Sequence record: OP123707.1
Length of the DNA: 64,000 nucleotides
Strand: one strand, 5' to 3'
How positions within the stretch are numbered: the stretch's first letter is position 1; each line of letters starts with the position of its first letter. Positions 11,044-21,042 of the stretch are shown piece after piece. The position numbers and the translations under genes are program-made. The notes under the pieces were generated by a model that saw only the letters and a program-made list of their open reading frames with translations, made no database searches and was not told the origin of the DNA.

Positions 11044-14000
11044 ATGGGTGCCCCATTAGAATTCAATTTAGAGCAACAAGAACAAGTTTTAAAGTACTTA
11101 AAGATACAATCTGAGATCTTACCTAAGCAAATGGTCGACGACCCGTCTGACGACGTTCCAGAGCGTTCTTGGGAAGAACTGTTACAAAGTCACTGGGAAG
11201 AAGATTCCTTAAAGTCCATTAAGACGGTTCGTTTCTTAAAAGACTTCCAACGTTATAAAGCACGACCAGATCTTAAGACTTCTAATAAGTCGTTCATTCG
11301 TACCATGGAAGTGTTCCGTAAGATGGGAATTAAGAACTGTGCTTTCCACTTACAACTGAACAACCCGGCTTTAGTAGGTGTGGATCCACGGGATCCAAAT
11401 CTGACCGATGATCAACGTTTGATGATCATGAAGGAGATGAAAGAGAACTTCTGGTATTTCTTACGAGAAGTCTGTCATTTGAATGGTGGTATTCGTTTCC
11501 GTGCCAACCGTGCGAACATCAGTTTTGCTTGGTGTTGGTTGAACCACTTAACTACCATGTTGATCCTCCCTCGCCAGCAAGGTAAAGAACTCTCCGTAGA
11601 TGCGAAAGTGAAAACCCCAGAAGGTTGGAAGCGTAATGGGGATTTGGTTAAAGGTGATTTACTCACCATGCCGGATGGCACCCACCGTCGAGTAAAGGGT
11701 GTGTATCATCAAGGAGTGAAACACCTTTATGAAGTGACCTTTGAAGATGACCGTAGTGTTAAAGCCGGTGCGGAACACTTGTGGAAAGTCTTTAATGAAA
11801 AGACCCGTAGTTGGCATGTGATGTCCACTCACGAAATGGTAGATGAGTTATGTCGTGATGTCCAGTTAAGCATTCCTTTGGTTGCACCTGATCAAGGTCC
11901 TGAAATCGATCTTCCGGTAAACCCTTGGTTGATGGGTGTAATCCACAGTGAAGGTGGAATGACTGCTAGTTTGTTGAAACTACGTGGTGAAGATCATTAC
12001 GTAGAATACAAAGCCAAGCGTTTGATTGAAAAGCATGAAGGGAGTTTGGTTGCAGGGAAAACCATTCCCGAGATTTACTTCCGGGCATCTTACCGTCAAC
12101 GCCTTCAGGTCGTTCAGGGGTTGATGGACGTAAATGGCTCTGCAAGCCCCGCTGGGACCATTGTTTGGAAAGGTCATAACCAAGCCTTGATGGAACAGAT
12201 GAAGATGCTCCTGAGAAGCGTAGGGGCGGTATGTGAGGTAATAGATGAGAAGCGTTTCTGTCTTCGTATCAAGTTCCACGCACCAACTACGTTATTCAGC
12301 TCTCCATCCAAGCAGTCTCGCATCCCAGAAGGGTTTGTAAACACACGTTTGGGACTGAAGGACATCGAACCAGTAGGAAAAGAAGAAGCGGTCTGTATTG
12401 AAGTCGATCATCCTGATCACCTTTACATCACCAACGACTTTATCGTCACCCACAACACGGTAACTGCTCAGTGTATCTTCTTTTGGTTAACGTACATCAG
12501 TGGTCGGGCTTATGAATCTCACTTGATCACACTGAAAGATGATAACCGTCAACAATTCGTTGACGCGATCAAAGGCATCCGTAACAACATCCCAGCGTGG
12601 ATGACTAACGTGACCTACCGAGATAAAGATGCGGGTAACTCCTTAACTTACTCCGCCTTTGGTGATGAGGTTAAGAACAAACTCACGATCTCGGTCCCTC
12701 AGATCGGTCAAGAGGCTGCACGGAACGTGGGTCGTGGTTTGACCATCAAGTCTCGTTTCATAGATGAGCCTGCGTACATCAAGTGGATGGAAGAGATCCT
12801 CAACGGTGCAGGTCCTTCGACACTAACAGCTCGTGAGAATGCTCGACGTCTGGACGAACCATATGCGACAGGCTTCATCACAACCCCTGCCAGTATCCTA
12901 ACGGAATCTGGGGCGTACATGTACAACATCCTGATGGAGTCAACGGAATGGCGTGAAAACTATTTCGACACCTACAGTGAATCGCACTTGTACGACGTGT
13001 TGTTGAAGAATGCACCTAAGGCTACGACCAGTCCTTCAGTAGGTATGGTGTTCAACTACCTACAGCTTGGTAAGAACCGAGATTGGGTGAAGAAGACCAT
13101 CGATGAACTGAAGCTCTCGCTCAGTGAGGCTAAGATCGACTTGCTGTTGATGTGGGACGACAATGGTAAGGGGAAACTCTTTGATGATGAAACTCGAGAT
13201 GCATTGAATGATGCCAAACGGGGGCGATCGTGGAGTCAGCAGATTGCGGGGACGTCTTTGTACTTCGACTGGTTCATCTCTCCAGAAGAACATGCGGAGA
13301 TCATGAGTGGTCAGAAACGCAGCACGTTCTACTTGATCGGTTTAGATACGTCTGGGGCAGTGGGTCGAGATGCGTGTACGATTGTGGTACGTGATATCCG
13401 AGATGGCTCTGTAGCAGGCGTAGGGCGCTATCAGCGTGCTTTCCTTACTGAGGTTGGTATGGTGGTTCAAACGTTGCTCACAGAGCTTCCTGATTCGTTA
13501 TTGATCCCTGAACGTAACTACGCTCACCACATGATCGATCAGCTGTTGCAATCACTACCGGCGATGGGACTGGATCCGTTTAAGAAGATCTACAACCGTA
13601 TCTTCCAGGACCCAGTGAAATACCAAAACCATTACCGTGACATCAAAGCTCGATCATTCGGTAACCGTAATGATGTGTTCTATCTCAAATACAAAGAGTT
13701 CTTTGGATTCAACACTGGGGCGAAGTCTCGTGAAACCATGTACGGGTTCTTAGAAGAAGCCGTGAGCCTGACAGGTAGTGGGACTCGTTACACGAAACTG
13801 ATTGATGAGTTGACGAACCTGAAGTTGAAGAACGGACGGATAGACCACGACACCGGGGCACACGATGATATTGTTATCAGTTGGCTGTTAACGTACTGGT
13901 TTATCAAACTGGGTGAAAACAAAAACGAATACGAGATCCCGAACAACATCTCCTTAAGTAACGTGGACATGTTGCGTTTAGGGGAAGCGAAGAAAGAGTT

Positions 14001-14250
14001 GAGCGATCCTGTTCAACAAAAGCGTACTGCTTTCTACAAACAGAAGATCGAGGAAGTCTCAGCGAAGCTATTGGAAACCGATGATCCAATCATTGCAGCT
14101 CGTTTGGAAGTGGCTTTGGATCGCTTACACGCCATGATACCGAATGAGGTTCGTAAGTCTATTACGATCGACGATATCAAACGTAAAGCGGAAGAAGAAC
14201 GCAACAAACGGATTCTGGAAAACAAACAGAGTCGATTCCGTCGACGCTAA
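11044..14250 (+). CDS. terL: Terminase large subunit (phiKZ gp25-like), intein-containing
   Basis: Walker A PRQQGK|T split by the intein, Walker B FIDEP, RNase H-like nuclease motifs IGLDTSG and HDDIV. Confidence 0.9.
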   Translation: MGAPLEFNLEQQEQVLKYLKIQSEILPKQMVDDPSDDVPERSWEELLQSHWEEDSLKSIKTVRFLKDFQRYKARPDLKTSNKSFIRTMEVFRKMGIKNCAFHLQLNNPALVGVDPRDPNLTDDQRLMIMKEMKENFWYFLREVCHLNGGIRFRANRANISFAWCWLNHLTTMLILPRQQGKELSVDAKVKTPEGWKRNGDLVKGDLLTMPDGTHRRVKGVYHQGVKHLYEVTFEDDRSVKAGAEHLWKVFNEKTRSWHVMSTHEMVDELCRDVQLSIPLVAPDQGPEIDLPVNPWLMGVIHSEGGMTASLLKLRGEDHYVEYKAKRLIEKHEGSLVAGKTIPEIYFRASYRQRLQVVQGLMDVNGSASPAGTIVWKGHNQALMEQMKMLLRSVGAVCEVIDEKRFCLRIKFHAPTTLFSSPSKQSRIPEGFVNTRLGLKDIEPVGKEEAVCIEVDHPDHLYITNDFIVTHNTVTAQCIFFWLTYISGRAYESHLITLKDDNRQQFVDAIKGIRNNIPAWMTNVTYRDKDAGNSLTYSAFGDEVKNKLTISVPQIGQEAARNVGRGLTIKSRFIDEPAYIKWMEEILNGAGPSTLTARENARRLDEPYATGFITTPASILTESGAYMYNILMESTEWRENYFDTYSESHLYDVLLKNAPKATTSPSVGMVFNYLQLGKNRDWVKKTIDELKLSLSEAKIDLLLMWDDNGKGKLFDDETRDALNDAKRGRSWSQQIAGTSLYFDWFISPEEHAEIMSGQKRSTFYLIGLDTSGAVGRDACTIVVRDIRDGSVAGVGRYQRAFLTEVGMVVQTLLTELPDSLLIPERNYAHHMIDQLLQSLPAMGLDPFKKIYNRIFQDPVKYQNHYRDIKARSFGNRNDVFYLKYKEFFGFNTGAKSRETMYGFLEEAVSLTGSGTRYTKLIDELTNLKLKNGRIDHDTGAHDDIVISWLLTYWFIKLGENKNEYEIPNNISLSNVDMLRLGEAKKELSDPVQQKRTAFYKQKIEEVSAKLLETDDPIIAARLEVALDRLHAMIPNEVRKSITIDDIKRKAEEERNKRILENKQSRFRRR
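11587..12456 (+). mobile_element. Class 3 intein (290 aa) with degenerate LAGLIDADG endonuclease
   Basis: Starts ELSVDAKVKTPEGW, block B EHLWKV, block F VCIEV, ends VTHN/T. Endonuclease-like blocks WLMGVIHSEG, QGLMDVNG and MLLRSVG. Confidence 0.9.
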
Positions 14251-14267
14251 AAAAACAAAATGCAAAA

Positions 14268-14301
14268 ATAACTCCTACTCCCCGAAAGGAGTAGGAGTTA
14301 T
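14268..14301. terminator. Bidirectional terminator between convergent genes
   Basis: 14-bp stem ATAACTCCTACTCC/GGAGTAGGAGTTAT. Confidence 0.75.
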
Positions 14302-14433
14302 CAATTTCGCCAATCACCTTATCGAGGCTAACGCCAACTAACCAACGATAAGGATTTCTTTCACCAAATTTAGAGGAGTTATCATGTGCATTCAAAACCC
14401 AATCATGACCGCACATAGAATACGTAACCGCAG

Positions 14434-15117
14434 TTAGAAATCACAACCGAGTTCTTTTAGTCGTTCATAAATCTCATCCGGGTCATTGGACTCAATAATT
14501 ACCGGTTTATCCATGCCATCCATGAACTTCAATGATTCGTGGTAGCGGTCTGAAAACTCTTGGAAGACTTCAGGGTCCGAGATATGCGTTTCAATGTGTT
14601 CCACGGTATCGCGGTCTTTACCTAAACGTTCCATGTATGTGGCGTGGCTGATGCCCATGAAAACGATAATATCCGGGATAGGTTGACGTAATTGGTTTAT
14701 GTTCCCCATAGTGTTGGTTGAATAGTAGTTCGCCCAGAAAATGTCTATCCAATTGAAACTGTCGGAGTGTTGATAAACCATGGATGTCAAAAAACAACGA
14801 TCCGTGATTACTGAACGACGTTGTCGTAACTCAGGGAGAATCACCTCATTATACAGAGTCACACGTTGAGCAACACTCAAATAGACCTGACTGAGTTTAG
14901 GAACATTAGGTGAAATAATCATTTCACGGATTTGACGCCATTCTTCTGTGTCTTTACGAGGTTCTGCAAAAACCTTAGGAGGACGACGACCTGTATCGGC
15001 GATCTTTTTACGGATGGTTTCGATCATTGTCGATTTACCCGCATAATCCATACCTTCAAAAGCGATCACCACCGGATTGCTGGCAAATCGCCCTTTCTTA
15101 TTAAACTTTGTTGTCAT
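14434..15117 (-). CDS. tmk: Thymidylate kinase
   Basis: P-loop FEGMDYAGKST, EP motif, DRCFLTSMVYQ and PDIIVFM. Confidence 0.9.
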   Translation of the reverse strand: MTTKFNKKGRFASNPVVIAFEGMDYAGKSTMIETIRKKIADTGRRPPKVFAEPRKDTEEWRQIREMIISPNVPKLSQVYLSVAQRVTLYNEVILPELRQRRSVITDRCFLTSMVYQHSDSFNWIDIFWANYYSTNTMGNINQLRQPIPDIIVFMGISHATYMERLGKDRDTVEHIETHISDPEVFQEFSDRYHESLKFMDGMDKPVIIESNDPDEIYERLKELGCDF

Positions 15118-15182
15118 AATAAAAATCCTTAAAAAAACAAAAAATTAAGTGAGAGTCCATAGACTCTCACCCACAGTTAAAA

Positions 15183-16553
15183 TTAAGATCGATCTTTGGT
15201 CATGACTCGAAGCACAATGTACAACATTAAAGCGGTTCTTAAAGACGCGTAAGTCACACGTGTTCGGATACCGGTCAGGTCTTGTACGATGTCGTCACCC
15301 ATGGCTCGCATCTTCAGAATCGATTCATTCTGGTTACGAGGGGACGCGTACGTTCCTGCCATACGGTTGATCACATCACGCAAGTTGGTTTGTTTAATGC
15401 GGTTTGCGGTGAGGTATTCAAACAGGTGAGTCAACACTTCATCCACGAATTCACGGTAGTAATCCCCACGTTTGCCTTTGGCTTGGTAGTTACCTGGGAA
15501 CTCTTTCAGAATACGTTCCAACTTATCTTTCGGAGCATTGTCGATTTTCTTAACAATGATCTCGGCGTACTCATCACGGTAGAAACCCGTTGGGGCACTT
15601 AAGATTTGCTTCGCGTAGTTTTTGTAGACATTCACTTGCTTAGCGATCTCTTTGACCGTCATGCCTTCTTCCATGTTCACATGCGCCTTATCAAGCTGTA
15701 TGATGTTGGTGCGGTTCTTTACGTCATGGAAGACTTTGTTGATGTCATTCACCAACCCACGAAGACGGTCTTGAATATCACCCACCATGTAAATGATTTT
15801 CTTATCATCATTCATGTTCATGAACGTTTTGTAGTGAATCCCGGTAGTTGGACTGAGGATGTACTCAGCACGCGCTAGGAACAACGCTCGCCAGCTTTCG
15901 TACTTTTTGATGTCGTACTTCAGGCTAAGACGGTTGTACGTCTCATAGACGATCTCAGGCTTCGCTAGATACGGGTAGTCGTTATGGATCATTGAAGTGA
16001 TACATTTACAATGGTACATAAAGAGTACGATGATCTGAGCTTCTCGCTTCATGCCAGACGGGAGTTTCTTCGACTGTTGGATTTTCCATAACAGGTACGG
16101 GATGGTTAAGTTAAACACGTCACCGGTTACCGCCCAGTCTTTGTTCACCCATTTACATTCGTGCAAACTTTCTTTCAGTTCTTCTTCATCCACATCCCAG
16201 ATGTCCGTAAACCATTCATTGCGGTCAGCGGTTGTGAATGCGATCTTTTGAAGACCGAGGTAAGGAGAACCAAAGAACTCACCGTAATCGGTGATCCCGA
16301 CTTTACGAGTGGTGAACGCAAACATGTATTGCTTAAGACGCGTTGCCCACTTAGTGTCGATTTCTAAATCACGACCAAATTGTTCACACACATCTAAGAT
16401 GGCGTTATCACGGTTGTAGTTGAAATTAGGAATCAAAGATTCCATGCCATCCACCAACATGGAGTCATTGGTGTCGTGTGGTTTGTCGTCGAATAACGAA
16501 ACGGCCGGTTGATAGAAACACTCACCACCAAACACGTCGTACAAGTGTTCCAT
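15183..16553 (-). CDS. Conserved phiKZ-like protein, possibly virion structural (456 aa)
   Basis: Long ORF with phage-like codon use, coupled to the upstream gene by a 1-nt overlap. Function is inferred only. Confidence 0.45.
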   Translation of the reverse strand: MEHLYDVFGGECFYQPAVSLFDDKPHDTNDSMLVDGMESLIPNFNYNRDNAILDVCEQFGRDLEIDTKWATRLKQYMFAFTTRKVGITDYGEFFGSPYLGLQKIAFTTADRNEWFTDIWDVDEEELKESLHECKWVNKDWAVTGDVFNLTIPYLLWKIQQSKKLPSGMKREAQIIVLFMYHCKCITSMIHNDYPYLAKPEIVYETYNRLSLKYDIKKYESWRALFLARAEYILSPTTGIHYKTFMNMNDDKKIIYMVGDIQDRLRGLVNDINKVFHDVKNRTNIIQLDKAHVNMEEGMTVKEIAKQVNVYKNYAKQILSAPTGFYRDEYAEIIVKKIDNAPKDKLERILKEFPGNYQAKGKRGDYYREFVDEVLTHLFEYLTANRIKQTNLRDVINRMAGTYASPRNQNESILKMRAMGDDIVQDLTGIRTRVTYASLRTALMLYIVLRVMTKDRS

Positions 16554-17398
16554 TACATTCTCCTTGGGACAGTCTTACGAATCATTTCTGCTTTACGCTG
16601 AGTATCCGAGTAAGACATGAATTTCAACCACTCTTCTTCGAAGTACTCGTTGTACTCTTTCCAAGCGTCTTGGTAACCGTAAACTTCGTCACGGATGGAA
16701 TCGACGTTGACACCACCACGAACCACACCTTCATTGATTTTGTTGCGTACGTTTTTGTAGATGTGAGCTTTGGTTGCTAACTCCACCAGTTTGGCAAAGT
16801 AAGGGTAAGCACGAGGGTTGATGTGGGACATGTTGTCATCGGACTCTAGGACTGCACGAGCCGTCATCGAGAAAATCCCAGAAGGACAGTTACTGATCAC
16901 AAAAGTGTTGTTACCCACCATTTGAATGTTAGTAAACGTTTGTGGGATTGAACGGTTAGAACGCATGCCGTTAATCATTCCCGCCATCATGTCGTTCAAG
17001 GTACCTTCCCCACAACCCACGTTCTGAGCCGCCATAGAAAGTACACCACTAGAAGCACCGATGGAACCTTGGTACACTTCCGCCACTGAAATGATTTTAC
17101 GACCACCAGTGATAAAGTCTGGGACTTGGACTTGGACTTTGGATTGTCCTAAGTTAATAATGCTGGATCCGGTGAGATCAATGAGTTCCGTAACACCACC
17201 TTGGACATTACAGCGTTTGAGGACAACTCCGTGAATCACTCGTTCACGCAAACCTTGTTCAACACTGTAGTTTAACGGGTCTTGTAACCAGTTGTCCACG
17301 ACGTTTTGATTGGGGTTGGCGAAAGCAAGCTCTAACACATAACTAGAGATGTCCCCACCTTCTACTACTTCATTGATCGCATAATCTACACAGTTCAT
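16553..17398 (-). CDS. Conserved phiKZ-like protein, possibly virion structural (281 aa)
   Basis: SD AAGG upstream, long ORF. Function is inferred only. Confidence 0.45.
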   Translation of the reverse strand: MNCVDYAINEVVEGGDISSYVLELAFANPNQNVVDNWLQDPLNYSVEQGLRERVIHGVVLKRCNVQGGVTELIDLTGSSIINLGQSKVQVQVPDFITGGRKIISVAEVYQGSIGASSGVLSMAAQNVGCGEGTLNDMMAGMINGMRSNRSIPQTFTNIQMVGNNTFVISNCPSGIFSMTARAVLESDDNMSHINPRAYPYFAKLVELATKAHIYKNVRNKINEGVVRGGVNVDSIRDEVYGYQDAWKEYNEYFEEEWLKFMSYSDTQRKAEMIRKTVPRRM

Positions 17399-17696
17399 AA
17401 TACGTCACCTTAATAGAGTTGATGAGGATTGTAGTTCAATAAAATTCCAGATTGCAAAATAAGGGGATGGGGCGCGAATGCCCCATCCTCCCTTAATAAA
17501 TTATGCGACCTGAAAATTGAAACTCGAGAGCAAAACCCTATGTCTTATAGACCGCCGAAGACAACCAACCACAGTGTCATTCGTTATAAGTTATTTTGCT
17601 ATATAATGGCTGTAGGGATTTAATGTAAGACTTCTTTAACTGAAGAAGCTTATTTAATAGTCTATTCACCCATTATTTTAATATAGGAGAATGCAA

Positions 17697-18287
17697 ATGG
17701 GAGCACCGTTTACAGCGGTCATTCGTGCATTGCAGTTCGTCGTATTACAAATGTTTTACACGAACTTTGAAGCGTTAGTGGCTATCGCTCATCGTGAGAT
17801 CACTCACAACAACACCGGGAGCGTGACCTTCATCCGTTTCCCTAAATCCATTGGTGGGATGTCGGTCGTGATGCGACGGGATTCGAAAGCCAAGTATTAC
17901 ATTGACTTTGAACAAATCCCTTATGACCTCGGGCCCAGGGACGTCACCATTAAACTCGGGACTGGTAAGCATCTGATCAACCATCGTGTAATGAACGATC
18001 TCGGCGTACGGCTTAATCAATTCCTAGATAATGAAGAATACCGACGGTCACTCAGTATACTCAGGGTTTACGCCTTAGAAAAATTCGGTCAAGAAGTGGT
18101 AGTGGAACGTCCCGGATTCTTTGCTCGATGGTTTGGGGTGGAGATTACCAACTACGACGAAGAGTTCAATAAAGTGTCCCTTCCGAGTCTCTATGGTCGT
18201 CACTCCACGAATTGGAAGAAGTTTCATGCGGAATCCAAAGCGTCCATTCAAGTAAGGCTTTATGGGGACATTGTCCTTGAAGTCTAA
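17697..18287 (+). CDS. Hypothetical protein
   Basis: SD AGGAG 7 nt before ATG 17697. Confidence 0.6.
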   Translation: MGAPFTAVIRALQFVVLQMFYTNFEALVAIAHREITHNNTGSVTFIRFPKSIGGMSVVMRRDSKAKYYIDFEQIPYDLGPRDVTIKLGTGKHLINHRVMNDLGVRLNQFLDNEEYRRSLSILRVYALEKFGQEVVVERPGFFARWFGVEITNYDEEFNKVSLPSLYGRHSTNWKKFHAESKASIQVRLYGDIVLEV

Positions 18288-18340
18288 ATACGATTTGTCG
18301 AGGGGCTGAGGCTCCTCGACTTACTACTGTTTCTAACTTT

Positions 18341-18365
18341 TTTCAGATCTATATTATCTGGCTGA
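18341..18365 (+). promoter_or_regulatory. Phage early-promoter-like motif, copy 1
   Basis: TTTCAGATCTATATTATCTGGCTGA matches the 7-copy consensus. Confidence 0.55.
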
Positions 18366-18401
18366 GCATCCGTATTTAATCTTTATTTTTAGGGGGAAGT
18401 C

Positions 18402-19040
18402 ATGGCAATATTTGAAGCCAAACAATATTCCGGGGCGTTGTTATTGCAAGATCTGTCTACGGATCTCTTCAACGTTCTGAAATACCACAAACGTAAGGTA
18501 AACCTTGGGAAACCGAGAACTACGCTAGTGGACATTCATTTCTGGACCAACACTCATTTCAGGATTGAATTAGAACTCCGCGGGGATTACCTGTGGTTGA
18601 TCATTAACGGAGCGTCTACGCTCAGCAGTACCAATCCGAACGTCCCGGACGTTTACCGAGCAATGGTGGACATCACCGCCGCTACGGAAATCGAACGGGT
18701 CTCTAAAGAACTGTACACGATGTACGACACACTGTTTGAAGAACACTTAACGTTATCTAAACAACGGGACTTTAGGAAGTTCATGATTGATAACGTGGCA
18801 ATCTTACAACACCCGATTCATAGGAGTTGGGTGAATAAGTTCTTTGGAGACAAAGTACAAGGCGAATACACACTGAGTCATTATCACAAAGTGTTGTTCG
18901 TCATCAAAGACCGCTGGCCTACTAGAAAGGCTACTGGCGTGTTTCGTTTCATTGATAGGGATTTGTCAGGGAACGTACACAAAACCGAAATGACTCGTGG
19001 TGAGGTGTATAACTACGAAGTCGACATAAGTCAAGACTAG
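18402..19040 (+). CDS. Hypothetical protein
   Basis: SD GGGGG, 212 aa ORF. Confidence 0.6.
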   Translation: MAIFEAKQYSGALLLQDLSTDLFNVLKYHKRKVNLGKPRTTLVDIHFWTNTHFRIELELRGDYLWLIINGASTLSSTNPNVPDVYRAMVDITAATEIERVSKELYTMYDTLFEEHLTLSKQRDFRKFMIDNVAILQHPIHRSWVNKFFGDKVQGEYTLSHYHKVLFVIKDRWPTRKATGVFRFIDRDLSGNVHKTEMTRGEVYNYEVDISQD

Positions 19041-19049
19041 GAGACAGTC

Positions 19050-19517
19050 ATGTTAAAAGAAACTTTTCTACGAGATCATATCCTACCTAAGGATGTGTTG
19101 GACAAAGACGTTTACTCCGTTTACAAGAAATGCGAGACGTCTCACCGTAGTGGGTTATTGTACACACACTTAGTGGAAGCGTTGGAAGACGATCCCGATT
19201 ACGAGTTGTGGGCGGAACACTATCAATGGAATGGTTCGTTCTTTGAGATCCCAGGATTGTACGTGAGCTCTAAGGGACGACTCTACGATTCCGTACGTGG
19301 TCAGTTCGGGGAGTTAGTACAGAACGAAGACACGGGATACATGGAATACCACTACGAAACCAGTCTGGGTAAGAGTGACATCGAAGTCCATCGTGCTGTA
19401 GGTTCCGTATTCGTACCGAGTTACATTCCTATTCCGATGAGTCAACTCCAACCGGTTCACAAAGACTTAGATCCAACGAACAACAACTTTAACAACTTAG
19501 AGTGGAACCGTATCTAA
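19050..19517 (+). CDS. NUMOD4/HNH-type endonuclease-like protein
   Basis: LYVSSKGRL (NUMOD4-like), VHRAVGSVF and PVHKDLDPTNNNFNNLEW (HNH_3-like). SD AGGAG. Confidence 0.7.
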   Translation: MLKETFLRDHILPKDVLDKDVYSVYKKCETSHRSGLLYTHLVEALEDDPDYELWAEHYQWNGSFFEIPGLYVSSKGRLYDSVRGQFGELVQNEDTGYMEYHYETSLGKSDIEVHRAVGSVFVPSYIPIPMSQLQPVHKDLDPTNNNFNNLEWNRI

Positions 19518-19618
19518 GGGTGATTTACTGGGCTCTGATATAGGGCTCAGTAATTTAAAACTAAGTTATATGTATTATATGTTACAAAAACCTTTTTCTC
19601 ACTCTTTTTTTTCCTACT

Positions 19619-19745
19619 CTAAAATGACGCTTAAAAACGCATTTTAGGGAGGGGTTTGGGGTGGGTTCTAGGTCATGGGGTGGGTTCGTAGGTCAAGTTT
19701 AGTCAAGTTGAGAAAGAGTCAAGTTGAAGAAAGTTAAGTCAAGTT
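19619..19745 (+). repeat. Intergenic repeat cluster: inverted repeat, G-tracts, 2x GGGGTGGGTTC(G)TAGGTCA and 4x GTCAAGTT
   Basis: Read directly. GTCAAGTT at 19692, 19702, 19718 and 19738; G-rich repeat units at 19658 and 19677. Confidence 0.8.
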
Positions 19746-19995
19746 TAAAAGATTTAAAAGGGAAAGAAGGTTAGAATTATTTTAATTATTTATCTAGTAA
19801 TAGTTAGCATAGCGAACGATACTCGTAGAGGAGAGTTCTAGCGGAGCTATACCAGTTTACTTATTTTTTATTTACATTTTGATTAAAGATCGTAATAACT
19901 TAAGATTAGAGTTCTTAGAAAGAGAATTCTAATGAGTAAGAGCTTATACTGCTTTTTAAATATTTATTAAACCTTAACAGAGAAAGGAAATTATC

Positions 19996-20970
19996 ATGCA
20001 ACTTATCAATTCAACTCAATTAAACATCGCTTTACGTTGTCTGGTTCAACATTGGATCAAAGAAGCCATATACCTCGTCTCACAAGGTGGAGACTATTCG
20101 GATAACGTTGGTAAGGTCGGGGAATCAGCAACCTGTACTCGTATCTCTTTAGAAGGAGGTCCGGACAGAGGGTACTGGTTGATCGGAAAGAACTTACCGT
20201 TCAGTATCCGTGAATTCCGAATCGATGTTACTAAAGAGCGTTGGTATATCGATACTGAAAATCCAACTTTGAAAACGATCTTAAGTAGCCCTACTGCATA
20301 TTCAGAACAAACCCTTAGGGAACTGATACTCGACGATCAACGCGTACGCAATGCTTTACAACTAACGCTCACTACCACTGGCGGGGGTCACTGGGAGGAC
20401 GGAACCATAGGGATTGGTTACCCAGGTACGGGTAGGGAGTTCGTGATTGATAAAGAACCACGCAATAAAGGCGAGGAACAATGCACTTACGAACTTAACG
20501 TTATAGAAGAACGCACCGCCGTTATCAAGGCGTTAAGTAAGTCCGCGTTAACGTCCCTAGTCAGAGATGTTGAGCAAGCTGTATTAACCATCCCTGTTAA
20601 TACTTGGGGTGATACTAGAGCTCGTGAACTCTTCTCTACGAAAATACATAGCGACGGTTACGTTGGTGTTTCGGTGGTTCACAGAGACTCAGTATTTTTC
20701 TTGAGCTTCAATCTACCGGAAGTAGGATCGGCTGAGTTCGCGTTACTTCCGGTTTACGAAGATCGTCAACAACAATTGATGGAAATCGTGGCTTATTTGG
20801 ATTCTGCTATCACGATCACCAAAGATGACGAAGACTACATCGAAGGGTTTTATAAGCGTCATAAGACACACAAAACTGATCTTGGCGTTATCGTCCCTAA
20901 TAAAACCACGTTAGACCTAATGACTGCGGAAGGGGTCTTCCCAGAAAAACGTCTAATCACTTTGTACTAA
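19996..20970 (+). CDS. Hypothetical protein (324 aa)
   Basis: SD AAGGA, long ORF. Confidence 0.65.
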   Translation: MQLINSTQLNIALRCLVQHWIKEAIYLVSQGGDYSDNVGKVGESATCTRISLEGGPDRGYWLIGKNLPFSIREFRIDVTKERWYIDTENPTLKTILSSPTAYSEQTLRELILDDQRVRNALQLTLTTTGGGHWEDGTIGIGYPGTGREFVIDKEPRNKGEEQCTYELNVIEERTAVIKALSKSALTSLVRDVEQAVLTIPVNTWGDTRARELFSTKIHSDGYVGVSVVHRDSVFFLSFNLPEVGSAEFALLPVYEDRQQQLMEIVAYLDSAITITKDDEDYIEGFYKRHKTHKTDLGVIVPNKTTLDLMTAEGVFPEKRLITLY

Positions 20971-21042
20971 TTATTCAACCTTAATTATGTAACCAACCAT
21001 TGGGTAGGGAAACCTACCCACCTTACAGGAGTAATAACAATC

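Noticed and set aside
14373-14436. 17-aa + strand mini-ORF with a GAGGAG SD
   Set aside because: Lies after a terminator and runs into the convergent tmk stop; too short to support.
17540-17623. 27-aa ORF MSYRPPKTTNHSVIRYKLFCYIMAVGI
   Set aside because: Weak SD, and its start coincides with the TATGTCTTATA motif that also occurs at 26980, so a regulatory role explains it equally well. Not called.
19640-19750. CRISPR array
   Set aside because: Repeats are 8-19 nt with irregular 2-12 nt gaps, and there are no cas genes.
19996-20970. PhuZ tubulin (right size, Gly-rich segment)
   Set aside because: TTGGGHW is not the GGGTG(S/T)G signature, and there is no N-terminal Rossmann GxG motif.
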